In this document: positions 58,700 through 64,000 of the stretch, one piece after another
How the letters are laid out: the number at the start of each line of letters is the position of its first letter
How positions within the stretch are numbered: position 1 is the first letter of the stretch
Source of the DNA: Nitrosopumilus sp.
GTDB taxonomy: Archaea; Thermoproteota; Nitrososphaeria; Nitrososphaerales; Nitrosopumilaceae
Direction: 5' to 3'
Assembly: GCA_965238275.1 (NCBI GenBank)
Contig: OZ250186.1
Span: 1,920,001-1,984,000, forward strand
Length of the DNA stretch: 64,000 bases
The notes under the pieces: generated by a model
Seen by the model: only the letters and a program-made list of their open reading frames with translations
Database searches by the model: none
What the model was told of the DNA's origin: nothing
Made by a program: the position numbers and the translations under genes

Positions 58700-59846
58700 C
58701 TACGCTGCTGCTGCAGCAGCTGCTGCATTACTGATGAGGGTGATCTGCTTGTCCGTTCCAGATATGACGATCCCTGCGGCCTCTGCGGGTGTAATTTTGC
58801 CAATGCCGCCATGGGGGCGGAAAAAGTTGTGGTGGACGATCATCAGCCGCACAAGCGCGGGACTTTCTGTCCCGAACTCGCGGGCGGTCTTGATGCGATC
58901 CTTGAATTCACCGTTAAGCCTCTCGTGCTTGTTGTTATGACTGAAGCGGTTCTTCAGGTGAATCTCCCGGACGTGGATCAGCCTGAAGCCGTTGCGTCTC
59001 CAAAACGCCCTGCGGGCGGCAGGACAAAACGCCTGCAGGCCGTCTGTTACCAGCACCCACGGGGTGGTTCCGGCCAGATTCCTTGCGGCTGCAAACAGGG
59101 GGGCGGGTCTGTAGTTGAGTTTTGTCTCAGACACGTCATGGGACAGTATGAACCTGCTGGCGCCGTCCATGACGGCAAAAAGCCACCGCGCCTGCGCGCG
59201 AACCTTGAAATGTATCTCGTCACAGTGCCACTTGTAGCTCGTGCGCGGCTGCAGCCGCCTTGAATATTCATCCATCAGCGTCGAATAATGCGCAGTCCAC
59301 CTGTATATCGTGCTTGAATGCACGGTTGTTCCGTCCTGTGCCATCACTGCCTGCACCGCAGCGCAGGACAGCCCGTACGCTGCCTCCCTGAGTGCCCGGG
59401 ATATCGCCTCTGGGCCGGCATGGCGCTTCTTGAAGCCCGGCCGTCCGGAGAATGTCCGGCCGCACGGCTTACACCGGTACCGCCGGATCGGCCCGTACGC
59501 GTTGTGTCGGTGCCCGTTGCGTGCAAACACAGTCGACTTGCAATGGTGGCATGCAGTCTGAGGCATGCTAATGACAATTGTATTTTGGTTCCTGCACCGG
59601 TCCCACATCCGGCCAAGCAACACGTCCACTGCCCGCACGTGCTTGCACAGGCCGTCACAATTGACGTAATGCTGGCACGCGCATACAAACCCGGCAGAGC
59701 CAAGAATCACCAGATACCACAGTCCTGGAATAGACTGCGATGCCACATTCCATCGTCTGAGACTTGGTCATCCTCACCTGCTTTGGGTCGTCACTGATCA
59801 CCTGTCCCTGCCTTGCCGCCGTTTTGGCGCGTTTTGCCCTGTTCAT
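58700..59846 (-). CDS. IS6-family DDE transposase with SWIM and IS1-like Zn fingers; frameshift near 59750
   Basis: CAC...CKH, CHHC/CKPC, WHCDE, VTDG, NNKHERLNGEFK. Confidence 0.82.
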
Positions 59847-59917
59847 AAATAAACCAATTGGTATTATTACATAGATCTTTCTACCAGTCTTAAATAACAG
59901 GCAGCTAAAAAAAATTC

Positions 59918-60094
59918 ATGACCCAGTGGGCCAAAGACGCCAAGGAATTTACCGTTTCTGTGATCAAAAACGAGAAGCGTCTGACAAACTACAGCTACAT
60001 ACCAAAACCGATACTTGAAATGCTTGGCAATCCCGACAAACTAAAGTTTGTCATTTCCGGCGATGACATAATGGTGCGCAGACCAGACGAGTGA
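59918..60094 (+). CDS. 58-aa AbrB/SpoVT-like DNA-binding protein (below ORF-track cutoff)
   Basis: MTQWAKDAKEFTVSV...SYIPKPILEMLGNPDKLKFVISGDDIMV. Confidence 0.7.
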   Translation: MTQWAKDAKEFTVSVIKNEKRLTNYSYIPKPILEMLGNPDKLKFVISGDDIMVRRPDE

Positions 60095-60204
60095 ATCTGG
60101 AGAAGATCCTGTGCCCGTTTTGTCTGGATTGTGTCACCAACCGATGATGCAGGAGAACCGGCCATTACTAAGGCATAAATAACGTTTTAAACGAAACTTA
60201 ACAC

Positions 60205-60681
60205 TTGCCGGATATAAAAGAGGCTGAGCTGACAGAGCCGAAGGCTTTGGATGCTGAACCCGAGGAGAATGTAGGTTTGAACAAGGCACTTGCCACTTAT
60301 CGAAAACTGATAGAGAATGACGGCAAAAACGTACTGACAGAAGAGCAACAGGAGTCACTGGAGAAGAAGATAAAGGAGATCGAGAACAGGGAGGTGGTAG
60401 AGAGGATTGATGATCACGAGCCAGTCGAGATACCGTTTGACGGCACCATACTGATTGGCCCTCCGACGCTGACTAGGTTTGAGAAGGCAAGAATTATGGG
60501 GGCAAGGGCACTGCAGCTGTCACTGGGGGCACCTCCATTCATACCAATTCCAAAGACTGCAAGAATCTCGCTGGACATATCCATGGAGGAGCTGGAGCAG
60601 AGGGTCATACCAATCACCATACGAAGGGTTCTGCCAAACGGCGACTACCAGAATATACCAATTACCAATTTTGAAAAATGA
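60205..60681 (+). CDS. rpoK: DNA-directed RNA polymerase subunit Rpo6/K
   Basis: LTRFEKARIMGARALQLSLGAP, IPITIRRVLPNG. Confidence 0.95.
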   Translation: MPDIKEAELTEPKALDAEPEENVGLNKALATYRKLIENDGKNVLTEEQQESLEKKIKEIENREVVERIDDHEPVEIPFDGTILIGPPTLTRFEKARIMGARALQLSLGAPPFIPIPKTARISLDISMEELEQRVIPITIRRVLPNGDYQNIPITNFEK

Positions 60682-60732
60682 ACCATTGGTCGATAAAACT
60701 TAAAAGAATAGAAAATTTCTGATTGTTAAATA

Positions 60733-61014
60733 ATGTCACTAAGAGGAGCAGACGGAACGATACAGGATCGCATAACGATTGAACACGATCCAGTCATGGA
60801 GTCAGTGGCGTACGTGCTGTCCAGACTGGATGGTGTCGGCAGACTGGCCTTGAGATCAAAAGGCAACTCCATCCCAAACGCGGTGGCAGTGGCAAACATC
60901 ATCAGGGATATGAACACGGGGGTCAGGGTGCAAAAGATTATCCTGGATACGGAATCGGCCCCCGGAATAGGCAGAATGACATCAACAGTAGAGATAATAC
61001 TGGACAGGTCCTAG
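60733..61014 (+). CDS. Alba-family nucleic-acid-binding protein
   Basis: LRSKGNSIPNAVAVANII...STVEIIL. Confidence 0.8.
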   Translation: MSLRGADGTIQDRITIEHDPVMESVAYVLSRLDGVGRLALRSKGNSIPNAVAVANIIRDMNTGVRVQKIILDTESAPGIGRMTSTVEIILDRS

Positions 61015-61430
61015 TAGACGCTTCCGGGACCCTTGAGCAGCATGTTCTCGCATTCTTTGCACACCTGCTCATCAATGTTGGACTCTAGGTTGTGGTGTAT
61101 CTCGCATATCAGCAGACTGGACTTTATGTAATTGCAGAGTCCGATGAATTTTGAGAGGCTCGAAGGCGTGTAGGCCAAGTCAGACGAAAGGTGGTCGCTC
61201 AGCTCGTCTATCATGACTGCGACCTGCTCTTCTGCCAGGAGCTTCATGATCAGGGACGGATCCCCACGCGTGCCGCGGATGTAGTTGCTTATTGCCGCCT
61301 GGGTGACGCCGAGCATCTTTGAGATTTCATCCTCCCTGATGTTATGTTCCTCTGCAAGCTTTTTTGCAAGGATGGCCCTCAATGCGGGAATCAGGGTCTT
61401 GGACTCAATCTCGGCAGGCAGAAGCATCAA
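61011..61430 (-). CDS. HTH transcriptional regulator
   Basis: PAEIE...IPALRA..AKKL...ISKMLGVTQAAISNYIRGTRG, CEIH...C..C. Confidence 0.85.
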   Translation of the reverse strand: MMLLPAEIESKTLIPALRAILAKKLAEEHNIREDEISKMLGVTQAAISNYIRGTRGDPSLIMKLLAEEQVAVMIDELSDHLSSDLAYTPSSLSKFIGLCNYIKSSLLICEIHHNLESNIDEQVCKECENMLLKGPGSVY

Positions 61431-62088
61431 CTCTTAAAAACCCATAAGGGATTTAAATCTTGCAACGCAGGGTGCTGCAAAACCAGTTGACGGGCACCTG
61501 CCGGTACGCCAGACGGAGGGTGCCGTCCCCACATCGTTTGTAATATGCAGTTTATGCTTGTCTGAATTTGGTATCCACCTTGGATCCGGCTGCTGCCAAT
61601 CACGTCTCCTGCAGGACAGTGGCATAGTCATGACGCTGGGGCTGTCATTTTGGAGACGCTTTGGCCATCAGCCGATTTTGCAATAGCCCGGAACACGTGT
61701 GAAAACAGAAGGGGTTATCCCAGACTAACAGATGATGTCTGCAGTTGCCGTCAGGAACGCGATGGCCTCTGCATGGTTCAAGTGGGGTTTTGCGGCGACT
61801 GGCAGGGGACGCCACGGCAATCCAGATCGGTTCGGCTACAGGTTACAGATGGCATCTTGTCCGAGGACTGGCCGAGATCCGGACAGGCTTTGCCACGAAA
61901 TCAGCGAGGCTGTTTGGCGCATTGGGACCAAACAGGCTACGCCTCATGTCAACTGACGCGGCAAACTCCTGGGCGTTCATAGCATATCCTTTTGGCATGT
62001 TGCGCGGCCTTAATTCACAGTTTCTTTGAGATGCGAGGGACCGTCAGGGTCTGAGGTGTGTCTAGTCTGCCAAACCTTGCGGCATCTG

Positions 62089-62553
62089 CTATTCTGCTAG
62101 CCATCTTACCAAGGCTTTGTTTGGATCTGCAAGCTCGTCTATGCCTGTGTAGTACCAGTCTTGCCAGCCTTTCTTTGGCAGACCCGTAAACAGCATCAGG
62201 TTGAGCGGGTACGCATCGCTGTCAGCGCACCGGCGAAAATCATCACGGAACAAAAATACATCCTTGCCCCACGCGATTGCCATGCCAAGCTCAACCATCA
62301 CGCCCTCGTCTGGCGGAGTTCCGTTAACCACCGCAAAAATTCCGTCTGCGTCTTTAACGTCTTGCATGTCAGAACGGCCGATCTTGTACGGACTGTTGTC
62401 TCCGGGCCTGTCTTTTTGGTTGTTTCGCTCAAAAGGCTCCCACACCTCGGCTCCGAGTTTGTCTAGCAGCTTTACAAGATCTTGCAACGGTCCCGCTTTT
62501 TGTTGTGCGGAGAACCCGTACGGGTTTGCAAGATAGAGCGTCTTTTTTGTCAT
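62089..62553 (-). CDS. nucleoside 2-deoxyribosyltransferase-family protein
   Basis: YLANPYGFS, D.GVMVELGMAIAWGK, NLML. Confidence 0.88.
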   Translation of the reverse strand: MTKKTLYLANPYGFSAQQKAGPLQDLVKLLDKLGAEVWEPFERNNQKDRPGDNSPYKIGRSDMQDVKDADGIFAVVNGTPPDEGVMVELGMAIAWGKDVFLFRDDFRRCADSDAYPLNLMLFTGLPKKGWQDWYYTGIDELADPNKALVRWLAE

Positions 62554-62643
62554 TCCTTAGTACTTTCTTTTTGCATTTTGTTTGTATTTGTTTCGAAATG
62601 TGTAATCTTGAACACATGCATAATTCTGCCTACCGATTGCAGT

Positions 62644-62717
62644 AAGGAATGCCACCCCAATACACATCCCCTAGGCCGAAAGGAATGCCACCCCAATACA
62701 CATCCCCTAGGCCGAAA
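62644..62717. repeat. 36-bp tandem duplication
   Basis: AAGGAATGCCACCCCAATACACATCCCCTAGGCCGA twice, no spacer. Confidence 0.92.
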
Positions 62718-62953
62718 AAGCTATCATGAGAACCAAGACATCCGGTTGAAGACGGACAATAGGAGATACATCCAGGACGGCGCGTCTTACCCGATGACCA
62801 TATTTTAAAAAAGACACCAAACTATCATCACGAATACCGAAGGAAGTATCCTCAATTGGCTCAAGTCCAACGGCATAAACCTACGCAAGCCGGATGGACA
62901 TTACACGCTAGCGCACCGCGGTGAAAGGCCGAACACGCATCTGGGCAGACATG

Positions 62954-63123
62954 AGACATAATCCGTAATTAGAAATTATGCATATTTTCCTATATTGTGT
63001 AGGTTTTTTGACTCCTACCCGATTGCTTCCCGGACTAGGAGAACCCTGAGGTTGGCAAATCCGCAAACGATGTCATTGATGGTGTCATATTTTTTCAGGC
63101 GGTTTCGGTAGACACCGCCCATT
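62954..63123 (-). mobile_element. right end of IS5 type B
   Basis: Reverse complement of ~9933..10102, cut at ATT by type C element. Confidence 0.9.
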
Positions 63124-64000
63124 AGAGAATATGCGTAATCCCCCTGTCCACATGGAACAGGAAAACGATAAATTTCTAATCAGGCAGCTGGAACAGAAAG
63201 ACAAAAAGCTGGAACGATCTGGAACAGAAAGACAAAAAGTCCTCAATCTAAAGCAACAAAAAGCTGGAACAGAAAGACAGGGAGTTGGGCCTTGAACGCG
63301 GCCTGTGGAAGAGCAGGAACGATCTGGAACCCTGCATGCACCAGAGGTGCTAGACGGCATAATACGCGACGGGGACAAGCTCATGTCACGCTGGCAGACG
63401 GGGAACAGTTCCGGTAGCTTGCATTCGGGCCAGATACCGCTGTTCCGCGATAACGCATCCCGGGTCTCCGAGCAAACTGCTGCTCCTAGCTTATCCGCAA
63501 AAAGGACAACCCCGCCCAAAGCCCGGTACAATGGATGCGATGACTGGCAGGAAAAGCTGCTGCCCCGACCAAGGAGGATTTCGATCGTGGATATTCATAG
63601 ACGGCACGCACTGCCCCGTGCATCTGTAAAGTCAGTCCGGCGCATGAAATACTCCGGCAGACGTGTCGCCGGGGTGGTGATGATCAAAAAGCATCAGTCG
63701 GCGACATCACGCTGCTCAAGGAACGCCCCAGGCAGCAGGAAAACAAAAGCCTAAAAAATATTCTCCACCCGGGTGTTGGTGGAGCACGCCAGAAAGACAA
63801 AAAGCTGGACGTGATCAGAAAGACAAAAAGCTGGGACGCAGGAAAACAAAAGGGCCGATAAAAAATATTCTAAAGCACGACTAAAGACAAAAAGCTGGAG
63901 CAGAAAGACAGGGAGCTGGGCCTTGAGCGCGGCCTGTGGAAGAGCAGGGACGATGGCTGGAACCCCGGCAAGGGGCCCGCGCTGCATCTGCTAGAGGTGC
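63124..64000 (+). pseudogene. scrambled IS5 type C sequence
   Basis: Begins with TIR AGAGAATATGCGTAATCC, then short deleted or shuffled pieces of 28942..30381. Confidence 0.8.

Larger units (their letters stand above)
58451..60159 (-). mobile_element. IS6-family element with divergent AbrB-like passenger gene
   Basis: ~30-bp TIR GGTTCTCCTGCATCATCGGTTGGTG(G/A)CACAA plus subterminal AGGATCTTCTCCAGATT at both ends; no TSD. Confidence 0.88.

Noticed and set aside
62644-62717. 36-bp direct repeat as mini-CRISPR
   Set aside because: Perfect tandem copies without a spacer; no cas1/cas2 in window

Overview
Chromosomal window of an ammonia-oxidising-type thaumarchaeote (Nitrosopumilaceae-like core genes: rps25e, pyrG, NAD kinase-HTH, deoxyhypusine synthase, thiolase/DUF35, rpoK, Alba, TBP). 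It is heavily invaded by nested IS elements (IS5, IS66, IS110/IS1111, IS630, IS6, two TnpB elements, MITEs) and carries remnants of an integrative conjugative element, apparently split by a ~35.7 kb IS66-mediated inversion. Main observations: (1) A TnpB nuclease gene lies in an element with 25-bp terminal inverted repeats (TIRs) and a TA duplication (15338-16851), an IS630/Tc1-mariner-like, Fanzor-like architecture. (2) An archaeal IS110-family element has a readable bridge-RNA-like region whose guides match its own junctions. (3) A second, orphan copy of that RNA (54617-54763) has a re-programmed target loop matching the TIR of the TnpB element family; it sits in such a TIR, which itself splits a tRNA-Leu-like gene. 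(4) Nested cargo-carrying transposons are bounded by ~200-bp inverted units with 8-bp target-site duplications (TSDs) (28325-33068, 28532-31945) and share a motif with an IS6-family element. Some patchwork segments (dhs, 14.9 kb, 63-64 kb) look like assembly artefacts. No CRISPR array or rRNA was seen. All alignments were done by eye; protein family calls rest on motif recognition, not database searches.
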